Source: a virus (Duplodnaviria; Heunggongvirae; Uroviricota; Caudoviricetes). From it: a DNA stretch of 33,559 nucleotides. Under the pieces are notes generated by a model that had not been told where the DNA came from, made no database searches, and was given only the letters and a program-made list of their open reading frames with translations. The position numbers were made by a program, and so were the translations under genes. Of the stretch, positions 13,321 to 22,654 are shown one piece after another. The DNA lies in IMG/VR virus record IMGVR_UViG_2711768071_000021. One strand, 5' to 3'. Every line of letters starts with the position of its first letter. The stretch's first letter is position 1.

Positions 13321-16300
13321 TGTACAATCCTCCATCCCGACGCGATGACTGCATAATTGACACAACCCTGCTGTCGATCAGATCCACCAATCCCCTGGCT
13401 GAGCGCGCATCTATCTCGCCATTGCTCCCTTGATTCTGAATGCTGATGTGATACACGGGAGAATAAACAACCCCCCCGCCACTATTCACATTGCCAATGG
13501 CTCTGACCCCAAGAGAGCCGTCCGCTGCCCGTGTCAGTGGCATGATAGCTTCAGGCCCGGCCTCGCCCATCAGCCCGGCACCTTTCGCAAAAGCAAAATA
13601 CGTCGGTGTATCCACAATAGTGTTACTGTAAGCACTCAGATTTGCCGATGTGTAAACACCACCTTTTGCGTTTGCCACCGCCCCCGAAATCCATCCGCCG
13701 ACCGTACCAAGCCACCCTCCGGCACCGGAGAGTGACTTCAGTCCGTTAACAATGGCCGCATTCATCAGAATTTTTGAAACTTCCCGGAGAACTGAACTCC
13801 CCCAGTTTCTCCAGTCCACAACATTTCCGGCCAGTGCATCGGAAATATTTGATACCAGTCCGTCCATAGTGGAAACGACAGCATCTGCCGCCTGCGAAGC
13901 ATAATCGGTGGCACTGTCTGCCCAGTTGGTCAGCCCCTCCTGGAGTCCTGCATTCCAGTTATTACGTAAAGCATCGGCCTTTGCATAATAATCCTGCTGA
14001 TCGCTGAGACGCTCTTCCAGATATTTTTTATTCAGTTCTTTCTCCTGTTTCCACAGGGCTTCTTCAATTTCTCCGGCCTGATACTGTCTCAGAAGCTCGT
14101 TATTTTTCTGCTCAAACTCATGCCGGATACTCCACATTTCCTGGAGTCGTTCACGCATCCGTGAGCCTTCACCATATCCCAGTAACTGCGCGTCGTCAGA
14201 TGCCCGGGCACTGGCATTACTGTCCGCCAGGCTGCTTTCATACGCAGCAAGCTGCTCACGAATCTTTTTCTGGTCGATGAGTGCTGCATTCTGCAAAAGC
14301 GTTTTTTTCTGCGCTTCTGACAGGGTTGATAATTCGCCCTGACTGACCTGATATTTCATCTTAGCCAGTTCAGTATTCTGCCCTGCCAGTGCTATTTGTT
14401 CTTTTTGCTGTTTAATCAGCCGTTTATAAATATCTTCTGTTTTTTCCGCTTCGGTCTTTTTATGCGCTTTGGGTTTATTTGCCTGGTTATTTCGCCAGGC
14501 ATCCAGTGAGTTATTGATATAATTCTGTCTGGCTGTCTGATACGCCTCTCCCACAAAGCCGAGATCATCCGCAGCATAACCCAGGCGGGCACGCTCACGG
14601 GCTTCCCCCTTCAGGCGGGACAGAGCCAGTTCGCGCTCGCTGTTATTCAGTGCAGTCTGCTGTTTATCATCCAGGGTTGCCTGTGGTAGCCGTAACGGTA
14701 CATTCACCAGCCCCTGTCGCTGCTGAAGTAATTCATTACCGAGCCCGAGAAGGCGATTAAACTCGGTATGCTGCCCATTCATGATCAACAGGGACTGATA
14801 CGCTTTGTTTTGTTCCGCGGCCTGTTGACGGATCAACGCCACCCGTCGCTCCTCCAGCCCGGCAAGCACATCCTGAATGGATTGCGCTTTGCCCTGCATT
14901 TGTGTGAGACGGGACTGTTCAACTGCCAGTTGATTTGTTGCTTCTGCAAGCCCTTCTGTGACAGTTTTTACCGACGTCATGTGGTTAATCATAAAACCGT
15001 TATCGGTTGTCCAGCCCGGGTTTGCCAGCACATACTGATAGCCAGCAATTTTTTCCTGTAAGGATTTAATCTTACTTTTCTGCTCGTCAATTAACCTGTT
15101 TTGCTCATCAAGTGCCTGCCGCGTCTTTTCCTCATTATCTGACGCTTCAGGAAGCGACATTGCCGACGTTTTCTGGCGAATTTCGTCGATTGTTGCGGCA
15201 TACTGGCGTGCAGATTCTCTGGCCTGCTCCTGATTCTGATACATCGTGTACCAGGCCGTCGCCCCCAGCATGACGAGTCCCGGCACACCACCAACCAACC
15301 CCAGCGCACCACTTAACAGACGACTCCCCACTGACGTGACAGTATTCAGCGTTGTCTGTGCCGCTGTTCTGGCCGCAATATTACGGGTAAGTGACGCCTG
15401 AGCAGCTGTCAGCTTCGCTTCTGCTGCGGCCTGCCTTTCGGTACCGCGAGCAGCAACAACCGCCTGTTGCGCACGATAAACCGCCGCACGCGCCCTGGCG
15501 GTTGCTATCTGTGTCCCCCGAAGTTGCGCTTCAGCAAGAGCCACTTCGTTTCTGGCTGCAGTAATTAATCCGGCAGTTGCAGATCCAGCAGAAGACGCCA
15601 TATTGCCAAAATATCGGGCTACCCCGACGGCAACCAGAGCACCGGCAGCGGTTGCCACGGTATCAATATTGCCTGCAAGACCATTCAGCACCCCGGAGAG
15701 CGTCTTCGTCACTCCGCTTGCCTCGTTCGCACCACCAACCCAGGCCATAAAGGCGTTTTCAACTTTGGTTGCAGAGGATGAAACCGTATCAGGCATTGCT
15801 GCATATTCATCACGCAACGCCCCAAGCTGACTAATCAGTGCAGGAACAACCTTATCGGCGGTTAGTTTTCCGTTATCCGCCATGGCCTTCAGATCCTTAC
15901 GGGCAACGCCCATTCCCGCAGCCAGCGCACGAATAACACGATCACCGCTCTCATTCACCGAGTTAAACTCTTCACCGCGCAGCACTCCCTGCGCCAGTGC
16001 CTGACTGAACTGCGTGATCACCGAACTGGCTTCTGCTGTACTGGCACCGGATAATTTCAGGCCCGTGGAGATCGCCTCGGTGACTTTCAGTACCTCCTCA
16101 GAACTGTAACCATACTCCCGCATGGAAGCTGCAGAACGGGCAAAAAGGCTGGCGTTATCAGAAAACGCCGTCCCCGTTCTCTGGCTGATCGCCATTAATT
16201 CACGTTGTGATACCTGAAAATCATCACTGGACTGTGAGGCCTGCTTCAGACGGGCATTTACTGAATTCCACTCATCGGCGAGAGAAATAAGATGACCGGT

Positions 16301-16570
16301 AGCAAAAGCCCCGGCAAATGCCCCCGCCATATTCAGTGCCGAAGATTTAGCTGTATTTATCTGATCCGTCACTTCTGCCAGTGCACGCCGCATTTCACGG
16401 GATGCAGCAGCGGACTGCCGGCCTCCGTTCTGCATGGTACGGTAGTAATCCTGCCCCATACGCGAAGCCCGGGAGATCTCTGACTGGAATGACCGGGAAT
16501 TTGCCGAGATTTTAATAATCAGTTCACGTAATGTCGCCACACTCATTCTCCCACTGAAGAAGCGCATCAT
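13313..16570 (-). CDS. Tail tape measure protein
   Basis: 1085 aa, strongly alpha-helical/coiled-coil with Ala/Gln-rich repeats and a C-terminal Gly-rich region; located between the G/GT chaperone and M. Confidence 0.9.
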   Translation of the reverse strand: MMRFFSGRMSVATLRELIIKISANSRSFQSEISRASRMGQDYYRTMQNGGRQSAAASREMRRALAEVTDQINTAKSSALNMAGAFAGAFATGHLISLADEWNSVNARLKQASQSSDDFQVSQRELMAISQRTGTAFSDNASLFARSAASMREYGYSSEEVLKVTEAISTGLKLSGASTAEASSVITQFSQALAQGVLRGEEFNSVNESGDRVIRALAAGMGVARKDLKAMADNGKLTADKVVPALISQLGALRDEYAAMPDTVSSSATKVENAFMAWVGGANEASGVTKTLSGVLNGLAGNIDTVATAAGALVAVGVARYFGNMASSAGSATAGLITAARNEVALAEAQLRGTQIATARARAAVYRAQQAVVAARGTERQAAAEAKLTAAQASLTRNIAARTAAQTTLNTVTSVGSRLLSGALGLVGGVPGLVMLGATAWYTMYQNQEQARESARQYAATIDEIRQKTSAMSLPEASDNEEKTRQALDEQNRLIDEQKSKIKSLQEKIAGYQYVLANPGWTTDNGFMINHMTSVKTVTEGLAEATNQLAVEQSRLTQMQGKAQSIQDVLAGLEERRVALIRQQAAEQNKAYQSLLIMNGQHTEFNRLLGLGNELLQQRQGLVNVPLRLPQATLDDKQQTALNNSERELALSRLKGEARERARLGYAADDLGFVGEAYQTARQNYINNSLDAWRNNQANKPKAHKKTEAEKTEDIYKRLIKQQKEQIALAGQNTELAKMKYQVSQGELSTLSEAQKKTLLQNAALIDQKKIREQLAAYESSLADSNASARASDDAQLLGYGEGSRMRERLQEMWSIRHEFEQKNNELLRQYQAGEIEEALWKQEKELNKKYLEERLSDQQDYYAKADALRNNWNAGLQEGLTNWADSATDYASQAADAVVSTMDGLVSNISDALAGNVVDWRNWGSSVLREVSKILMNAAIVNGLKSLSGAGGWLGTVGGWISGAVANAKGGVYTSANLSAYSNTIVDTPTYFAFAKGAGLMGEAGPEAIMPLTRAADGSLGVRAIGNVNSGGGVVYSPVYHISIQNQGSNGEIDARSARGLVDLIDSRVVSIMQSSRRDGGLYSA

Positions 16571-17164
16571 TCAGTGACACTTTGACCCCCTGCGCACCGT
16601 AAACAGCTGAAACAATCTGGGCAGCCCGGAAATCAGCCCGTTCGTCCCCCAGCGGGCTGAACCTGTCAAATTCTGCCCACATCATGATTTCTGATGCGGA
16701 CATTTCCCGGCGTAACTCTGACAATGTGCGCCCCATCCTGAGCGCCAGCATCATCAGAAAACGCATCCCCGGAAGCGCTACTTTTTTTTAACCTCGCCGG
16801 CATCACTGATCAGTTCCAGAGACTGCCGAAGAAGCCGCGCATGCACCGGGCCATACACGGCAATCACCTGTTCACGATCATCCTCTGAAAATACGGGTTG
16901 CAGTCCGGTATCACACAGAACATCAATGAACAGTTCAACATCTGCCTCCAGATTTCGGCGGGCGCGCTCCGCAACGGATAACGGTGTCTCATCATCTTTT
17001 GCTTTAACGATCTCCTGCCAGCGCAACCAGGCTTCTGCAGAAGGTTCCCGTAACACAACCGTTGCTCCCTCCCATTCAGGCACATCAACGGTTTTATGGC
17101 GAAACCCCGACATCGTTGCCAGTGCCAGATTACGGATATTTTTAGTCATCACATCCATCCTCAT
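16524..17164 (-). CDS. Tail assembly chaperone, GT-like fusion made by programmed -1 ribosomal frameshift
   Basis: Slippery heptamer A AAA AAG at about 16783-16789 (minus strand). The ORF 16524..16766 is in the -1 frame relative to G (checked by coordinate modulus) and has no independent RBS. Confidence 0.75.
16778..17164 (-). CDS. Tail assembly chaperone (G-like)
   Basis: 128 aa ending GEVKKK, with the stop immediately after an A8G run; position between major tail and tape measure genes. Confidence 0.85.
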   Translation of the reverse strand: MRMDVMTKNIRNLALATMSGFRHKTVDVPEWEGATVVLREPSAEAWLRWQEIVKAKDDETPLSVAERARRNLEADVELFIDVLCDTGLQPVFSEDDREQVIAVYGPVHARLLRQSLELISDAGEVKKK

Positions 17165-17868
17165 TAACTGACGGTTACAGTGCAGGAAGTGGAGGTCACT
17201 TTGTTAACCGGGCTCGCTGAATCAGAAATCTCGCAGGTATACGCACCGGCATCACCGGATGCTGCTGATGCCTTACTGAACGTTGCCGCCGTCTGTCCGG
17301 AAACAGGAGAACCACCTTTTTTCCAGGCATAAGAATAAGGCGGCACACCACCCACAGCCTCAACCGCCATTTCAAGTTTCGCTCCGGAAGCAACCCGCAG
17401 CGTGCTTTTTAAATCGACCTTCACTTTCAGCGGCTCTGTCGTCAGCACAGGCTTACCTTTCAGGCGCAGAGAAAACGTTGCAGCCACAACACCATTGGTT
17501 CCTGCAGACCAGGTATGCTGACGCACCTCTGCCATAAAGGTAAATCCGTTGCCTGACGGAAAAATAACTTTAAAGCCATACGTGGTGTCATTGTCATAGG
17601 CACTGCGCAACGCGTTCTGGGCAGCATTCAGATAAAAGTTGCCTGACATGGAAATCTCTGAAGCAGCCCCAAGACCGTTAATATTTTCCTGCTCAACAGA
17701 ACACAGCGTGGTGACATCAATATCCTGCTTTTGTCCTGCGGTAAACTGCACCTCTTTGATTGTACAGCTCAGGCCAAGATAGCTGGCAGAATCCAGGGTT
17801 TCTGCTGTTACCGGTGCAGACGAAATCATAATTTTCGTCAGTTGCGAACGCTCAAAATTAGAGGACAT
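17164..17868 (-). CDS. Major tail protein with C-terminal Ig-like (Big_2-type) domain
   Basis: 234 aa; AGGAG 7 nt upstream of the ATG; C-terminal ~90 residues resemble the Ig-like decoration domain found on lambda-V-type tail tube proteins. Confidence 0.85.
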   Translation of the reverse strand: MSSNFERSQLTKIMISSAPVTAETLDSASYLGLSCTIKEVQFTAGQKQDIDVTTLCSVEQENINGLGAASEISMSGNFYLNAAQNALRSAYDNDTTYGFKVIFPSGNGFTFMAEVRQHTWSAGTNGVVAATFSLRLKGKPVLTTEPLKVKVDLKSTLRVASGAKLEMAVEAVGGVPPYSYAWKKGGSPVSGQTAATFSKASAASGDAGAYTCEISDSASPVNKVTSTSCTVTVS

Positions 17869-17883
17869 ACTCGTCTCCTGAAA

Positions 17884-17910
17884 ATAAAAAAACCCGCCAG
17901 CGGCGGGGGG
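17884..17910 (-). terminator. Terminator-like hairpin between the tail terminator gene and the major tail gene
   Basis: Stem CCCGCC / GGCGGG with a 3-nt loop, followed by a T7 run on the minus strand, directly upstream of the major tail RBS. Confidence 0.5.
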
Positions 17911-17928
17911 GGAAAATCATTAATGACC

Positions 17929-18273
17929 TCAGGCTATTACCTGGAATTCAAGCGTGGCTCTGCTCAGACGGGAGTCAGGATCATAACCCTGCGTTTTAGA
18001 AATAACGGAGGGTGCCAGTTTTCTTACCGCATCAAGCGCCTGCTCACGAATATTATCTGCGTCATCAGGTACTGTCGCCCAGACATCGATCTGCACGGTA
18101 ATTCTGGATTCAGCCTGCCCATCAAGCACATCAGATACCGTGTCAGACACCACAGAAAACACCAGCCACGGCGGAGATACCGCAGGCTTTCCCTCCGTCA
18201 GCGGGACCACATAAGGATAAACCTGTCCTCCGGCCAGCTGAGACAACAGGGAATACAGTGTGGCCTCCCTCAT
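17929..18273 (-). CDS. Tail completion / tail terminator protein (gpU-position analogue)
   Basis: 114 aa; start overlaps the upstream stop (ATGA); assignment by position and size only. Confidence 0.6.
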   Translation of the reverse strand: MREATLYSLLSQLAGGQVYPYVVPLTEGKPAVSPPWLVFSVVSDTVSDVLDGQAESRITVQIDVWATVPDDADNIREQALDAVRKLAPSVISKTQGYDPDSRLSRATLEFQVIA

Positions 18274-18719
18274 TTACTTAAGACCTCATCAATAGCCTGA
18301 TTCATTCGCTGTATGGCAACCTGCGCCGCCAGCTCCTCTGTCGTATCGAAAGCCGGGCGAATGAATGGATGCGCGGGCATGTTTATCGTTCCCAGCTCCA
18401 CAAAGCGCCAGTAAAATGCATTTCGGGGATCGCTGGCTTTCATGCTGTTATCACTGTTTCCGGTTCGCAGGTTCCGTCCGCGAATGTGGACACCCGAGAT
18501 AATTTCCCCCCGACGCTTTGAACGCTGAGTGAGAACAACCACATTTTTCTTCAGTTTCCCGGTTCGCTCTGGCGCACGTTCAACAACTGCATCCCGCATA
18601 ACTTCAGCACCGGCACGGGTGGCATCGCGCAGAACCTTATTGTTTTCTGCCCTGCTGAGCGTCTCCAAATCCCGTGCAATATCCGCCAGGCCAGAAAAAT
18701 CAAGACTGAAATCCATCAC
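18270..18719 (-). CDS. HK97 gp10-family tail component protein
   Basis: 149 aa with the HPFIRPAFD motif I associate with the HK97 gp10 family; track start is a GTG, ATG is the next codon; overlaps neighbours by ATGA. Confidence 0.7.
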   Translation of the reverse strand: MMDFSLDFSGLADIARDLETLSRAENNKVLRDATRAGAEVMRDAVVERAPERTGKLKKNVVVLTQRSKRRGEIISGVHIRGRNLRTGNSDNSMKASDPRNAFYWRFVELGTINMPAHPFIRPAFDTTEELAAQVAIQRMNQAIDEVLSK

Positions 18720-19054
18720 ACATTCCCCTTCAGGCTGCAGAGTATTTCAAGCCGGGTAGCGCGTGCATCCGGTATTGGTGGACCTTCTATACCCAGAATG
18801 GCCCCTTTAAATGCACCGGTCAGCACTTTTAGACATGAAGTTGCTGTTACATCTCGCCGGAATCTCATCCAGACTCTGACCGTAGCCTGAGCGGTTTCTG
18901 CTCCGCCTGAGATTATCTCCCTCCCGCTGATACCCTTAACTTCTGCCCATACGGTAGCTCCCTCCGTCACCGTCTCCACCGGATGCCCTGACGGAGAGCG
19001 GGCGGTGGTGACATTCAGAATAATTACGCGATCACGTAATCTGCCCGCCTGCAT
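18716..19054 (-). CDS. Head-tail adaptor / head closure protein
   Basis: 112 aa between the connector and gp10-like genes, with translational-coupling overlaps; family assignment by position and size. Confidence 0.65.
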   Translation of the reverse strand: MQAGRLRDRVIILNVTTARSPSGHPVETVTEGATVWAEVKGISGREIISGGAETAQATVRVWMRFRRDVTATSCLKVLTGAFKGAILGIEGPPIPDARATRLEILCSLKGNV

Positions 19055-19062
19055 GCCTCCTC

Positions 19063-19380
19063 CTACAAAGGAATAAAACGATAAGGCTCCAGCAGAGAAG
19101 AAAAACCAAACGGGACTGGTGCCTTGCTGACATCTGAGGAATTTTCCCGGTTTTCGTACCAGTGCCCGACCAGCAACATGAGCGCCAGCAAAACATCATC
19201 AGCTATAAGCACCCCTTCAGGATCACCTTCCGGCACCGTCTCCTCATAAAGCTTACGGTTGATAAAATTTTCTGCCTTGCGGCAGGCAGCCCGGAAATAC
19301 AGCATCAGTAACTCATCATCAGTTGCATCATCTGTATCAATACGGCACTGCGCCCTGAGTTTTTCCACTATTGCTGCCAT
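19063..19380 (-). CDS. Head-tail connector protein (gp6-like)
   Basis: Start placed at the internal ATG (MAAIVEKLRAQ..., 106 aa) preceded by AGGAG; the track ORF extends upstream from a TTG across the capsid terminator, which is unlikely to be coding. Confidence 0.7.
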   Translation of the reverse strand: MAAIVEKLRAQCRIDTDDATDDELLMLYFRAACRKAENFINRKLYEETVPEGDPEGVLIADDVLLALMLLVGHWYENRENSSDVSKAPVPFGFSSLLEPYRFIPL

Positions 19381-19411
19381 CAGAAACTCCTGCCCGCAAC
19401 ACTGTGCGGGC

Positions 19412-19436
19412 ATAAAAAAACCGCGTCGGCGCGGTC
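19412..19436 (-). terminator. Intrinsic terminator downstream of the major capsid gene
   Basis: Hairpin ACCGCG-ccga-CGCGGT followed by TTTTTTTAT on the minus strand; a second hairpin (CCCGCA...TGCGGG, about 19393-19410) lies just upstream of the connector RBS. Confidence 0.7.
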
Positions 19437-19456
19437 TGTAACTGAACAACGAGTGG

Positions 19457-20674
19457 TTATTTGCCAGTGAGCGCCTTGATGGCTGCCACATCTTCCAGCA
19501 CACAGTCAAAACGATGGAAAGCCAGAAATGCCACCTGATCAAACTCAGCATAACGCTCAACCAGACGTTTCAGTTCCATATAAGTAACGCGGCGAATGAT
19601 AAAGCGGTTGAAATCCCCCAGGAAAATGAATTTTTTTCCGGTACCAATCCCGTCAATAGCCTGATCAATAACATAAGGGATCCCCAGCACAGTAGCCGGC
19701 GTACCGCCTGCAATATCCGGCAGCCATAACGGGCGTTTCTGTCCATCCTCCATCTCTTCAATAGTCTGCAATGTGGCATCATTGAATGCCCAGCGGTATT
19801 TCGGCCCACCACGATATGCCGGATCAATGGCATGTTTCAGGGCATTCATTTCTTTCCAGGTGAAAGCGGCAGAGGCTGCAGTCTGGATGGTTCCCGTCAC
19901 CGACGCTGCCAGCCCTTTTGGCTGTAACGGTGATCCCGTTCCGGTCCCCTGAACCAGATATTTTGCCTCTCCACGACCAATACGCTGGGCAATACGGTTT
20001 GCCAGATAAGATTCAATATCCACCCCACTGTCCTGGAGCAGCTCATTGGACACACGAATTATTTTTGATGACAGCTTTTTAGCCCCCAGAATAGCGGTCC
20101 CGAACGTCACATCCTGTTCCGTTGCGGCTGTATTTTCCGCCAGCAGTTCGCCCTCTTCAGTCGTGCCATCAGACGTTGACCAGGTGATATCCTGCCCGGT
20201 TGATGTGGTCAGAAGTTGCGCCACACTGGCAATCCCGCCATAAGCCTTCATGGTGTCAATGATTTTGTTACGCATCTGCGTGGGCACCGTATATCCGCCC
20301 TGAGAATCCGTTGTTACACTCTGAGCCCGCAGTTCACGCATCAGATTACGCTCTTCAGCATTCAGTTCTGCAAATCCGGCACGCAGAAAACGGTTAAATG
20401 CCGCAGCACGCTTCTCTTCCACCGCCTTTTTCCCGTTCTCCGCCTCATTATTCTGGCGCTCTTCCGGCCCGGACTCATCCACATATGCCTGATCCTGACG
20501 GCGCAACTCTTCTTCACGGGCGATTTGCTCATCCAGCGCATCCAGCTCAGCTTTCGCCCTGTTCCACTCTGCCCGTTGCTCATCAGTCCATGCGTTATCA
20601 CCAATTTTTTCATGCAGTGCACGCATATCCTTTGCAATGGTGTTTCGTTTTTGCTTCATCTCATGAAGTTTCAT
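19457..20674 (-). CDS. Major capsid protein, HK97 family (with N-terminal delta/scaffold-like domain)
   Basis: 405 aa; coiled-coil, charged N-terminal ~100 residues, then an HK97-fold-like body; follows the prohead protease. Confidence 0.92.
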   Translation of the reverse strand: MKLHEMKQKRNTIAKDMRALHEKIGDNAWTDEQRAEWNRAKAELDALDEQIAREEELRRQDQAYVDESGPEERQNNEAENGKKAVEEKRAAAFNRFLRAGFAELNAEERNLMRELRAQSVTTDSQGGYTVPTQMRNKIIDTMKAYGGIASVAQLLTTSTGQDITWSTSDGTTEEGELLAENTAATEQDVTFGTAILGAKKLSSKIIRVSNELLQDSGVDIESYLANRIAQRIGRGEAKYLVQGTGTGSPLQPKGLAASVTGTIQTAASAAFTWKEMNALKHAIDPAYRGGPKYRWAFNDATLQTIEEMEDGQKRPLWLPDIAGGTPATVLGIPYVIDQAIDGIGTGKKFIFLGDFNRFIIRRVTYMELKRLVERYAEFDQVAFLAFHRFDCVLEDVAAIKALTGK

Positions 20675-20688
20675 CGTCAGTAGTATCC

Positions 20689-21288
20689 TTATGCATTAAG
20701 AAGGGTCAAAAGACGCTCACGCGCCATTCGTTCGTTAACAGCTTTCTTCAGCGCACCACTCGCCCGCGCTTCCTGCCAGGCTTTCATTGAGCGGACACCA
20801 GAGTCTGCGTCCTGATAGGCCGGATATGTCACCGGGCTGACGTCATACAGACGAGAAATGCGCGTGATTTCCCGGATAACAATCCCCTCGTCGTCTTCAT
20901 ACCAGCTCTCTCCGTCACGGGCGACACGAAACGCGAACGAGGACTGATTAATGTCACCACGCAACATTGGAGACAGCACCAGGTCACAAATAGTCGGAGT
21001 ATCCGGTGCAACAATGTCATAACGTAAACCGCGTTCATCCACCGACAATGACAACGTGCCGGCAGAACTTCGTCCGAGAATGAAATTAGGATCATGATTA
21101 AACAAGCCACGTACATCATCATTCAGTACATCATCAAAAGCCCCCGGCTTGATGATTTCACGAAATCCCCACAGAGGTTCTGAACGACTGTTAAATACCG
21201 AGCCATACCCCAGAATGTGGGTCGGGGCATTATCATATTGTTCCGCCCGCACCTCCCCGCTGTAACAGCGCGTTTCACGGTCATTCAT
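20689..21288 (-). CDS. Prohead maturation protease (HK97 family)
   Basis: 199 aa between portal and major capsid genes; start overlaps the portal 3' end. Confidence 0.88.
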   Translation of the reverse strand: MNDRETRCYSGEVRAEQYDNAPTHILGYGSVFNSRSEPLWGFREIIKPGAFDDVLNDDVRGLFNHDPNFILGRSSAGTLSLSVDERGLRYDIVAPDTPTICDLVLSPMLRGDINQSSFAFRVARDGESWYEDDEGIVIREITRISRLYDVSPVTYPAYQDADSGVRSMKAWQEARASGALKKAVNERMARERLLTLLNA

Positions 21289-22507
21289 CGTTCTTTTCCT
21301 CTTTGCCTTTCGTATCTTTAAAGTTATTCAACGGATTTGCTGCATTTACGCTGACCAGCATTTCATCCAGACCGTCAACCGGGTTCATATCCTCAAATGC
21401 CCTGGCTTCATTCCGACTCATCCAGCCATCTGTAATGGCAAAGTGATAGAACTGCGCACGCTCCTGTGGGGTCCCACGGAGCAACCCCGTGAGGTTGAAA
21501 CGAACGTAATACCCGGCAGCCCGTTCTGTACGGGTAAACAGGCGACGGTTAAGCTCCTGCTCCCAGTTCGCAACCCAGGGCATCATCGTGTAGCGAACAA
21601 ACTGAATCGCCTGCTGCGTAATATTCGAAAATGTGGCTTTTTCCAGGTCATTAATCATGTGCGCCGGGACATTAAAAATCCCGGCAATCATCGACCGGTT
21701 CAGCTTGGTCATATCAATGATCTGAGCATCCACCGGAGAAACTGTCAGAGCGCGGTAATCCAGTTGCGCAGGCAGCAACATGGTTTTATTTTCCTGGCTG
21801 CGAAGCGCTGTCACCGCCCGCTGCCACATATTTTTAAGCCTGCCCCAGCTTTGTTCGTTCAGTTCATTTTTCACAGAAATAATACCGGCAGGACGGGCAT
21901 TACCGTTAAAAAAGGCGCTGGTATACTGCTGGCCACTCATTCCCATACCAATGGTTTCAGCATGCTGCATGATCGGGCTCAGTCCCATTTTCTGATTGTT
22001 TCCCAGCGCCCTGATATGGATCATGTCGTCCGGACTTACCGCAAATGCACCCTCTTCGTTATACACCCCGTAAGTATGACGCCCACCGGTGTTAAGTAAC
22101 GTAGTTTCCCATGGCATACAGCATTCAAGGCTGGTAACCTCTCCACGACGATTACGTTTTACCCACGTATAACCATTGCCCCACCCCAGCACATGACGCT
22201 GCTTCAGTTCCCGCCACTTATAGCTGGTCTGCCAGGCATTCGGTTCATCATGAACGAGCCAGAACAACGGATGATCGCGTGCAGGCTGAACATGCTCATT
22301 CGTTTTTCGCATCACATGCAGGGGCATCTGAGCCACACTGGATGAAATAACATAAATACAGGCATAGACAGCAGCCAGCTTCATGGATGTTTCCGGACTG
22401 ACATACACATCCCGGGCAAAAATATTATCCGTCTCAGCAGCCTCTCCGGTTACCGGAACCGAGGGATTTTCCAGAGGCTCACTGCGAAACAGAGCATCAA
22501 GAAGCAT
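21281..22507 (-). CDS. Portal protein (HK97 family)
   Basis: 408 aa; GAGGAG 6 nt upstream of the ATG; immediately downstream of the large terminase. Confidence 0.92.
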   Translation of the reverse strand: MLLDALFRSEPLENPSVPVTGEAAETDNIFARDVYVSPETSMKLAAVYACIYVISSSVAQMPLHVMRKTNEHVQPARDHPLFWLVHDEPNAWQTSYKWRELKQRHVLGWGNGYTWVKRNRRGEVTSLECCMPWETTLLNTGGRHTYGVYNEEGAFAVSPDDMIHIRALGNNQKMGLSPIMQHAETIGMGMSGQQYTSAFFNGNARPAGIISVKNELNEQSWGRLKNMWQRAVTALRSQENKTMLLPAQLDYRALTVSPVDAQIIDMTKLNRSMIAGIFNVPAHMINDLEKATFSNITQQAIQFVRYTMMPWVANWEQELNRRLFTRTERAAGYYVRFNLTGLLRGTPQERAQFYHFAITDGWMSRNEARAFEDMNPVDGLDEMLVSVNAANPLNNFKDTKGKEEKNDE

Positions 22508-22637
22508 GTTTTCTCCTCATGGACACCACCAGTGCATAAAGCAGCAACAAACAGCCAGACAGCATCAGAGACGCTGGCAGACCTGCATACAGATAAACGC
22601 CAGCAGTGAGCAGACCGAAACCGATCAGCCCGGTCAT
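22497..22637 (-). CDS. Hypothetical small membrane protein (46 aa, MTGLIGFGLLTAGVYLYAGLPASLMLSGCLLLLYALVVSMRRKHAS)
   Basis: ORF read directly from the sequence between the large terminase stop and the portal start; hydrophobic; no clear RBS; its stop overlaps the portal start codon. Speculative. Confidence 0.25.
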   Translation of the reverse strand: MTGLIGFGLLTAGVYLYAGLPASLMLSGCLLLLYALVVSMRRKHAS

Positions 22638-22654
22638 ATCAGTAATAAGCTGTT

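Noticed and set aside
19381-19560. Upstream part of the track ORF 19063..19560
   Set aside because: It starts at a TTG and runs across the capsid terminator hairpins; the internal ATG with AGGAG is a much better connector start.
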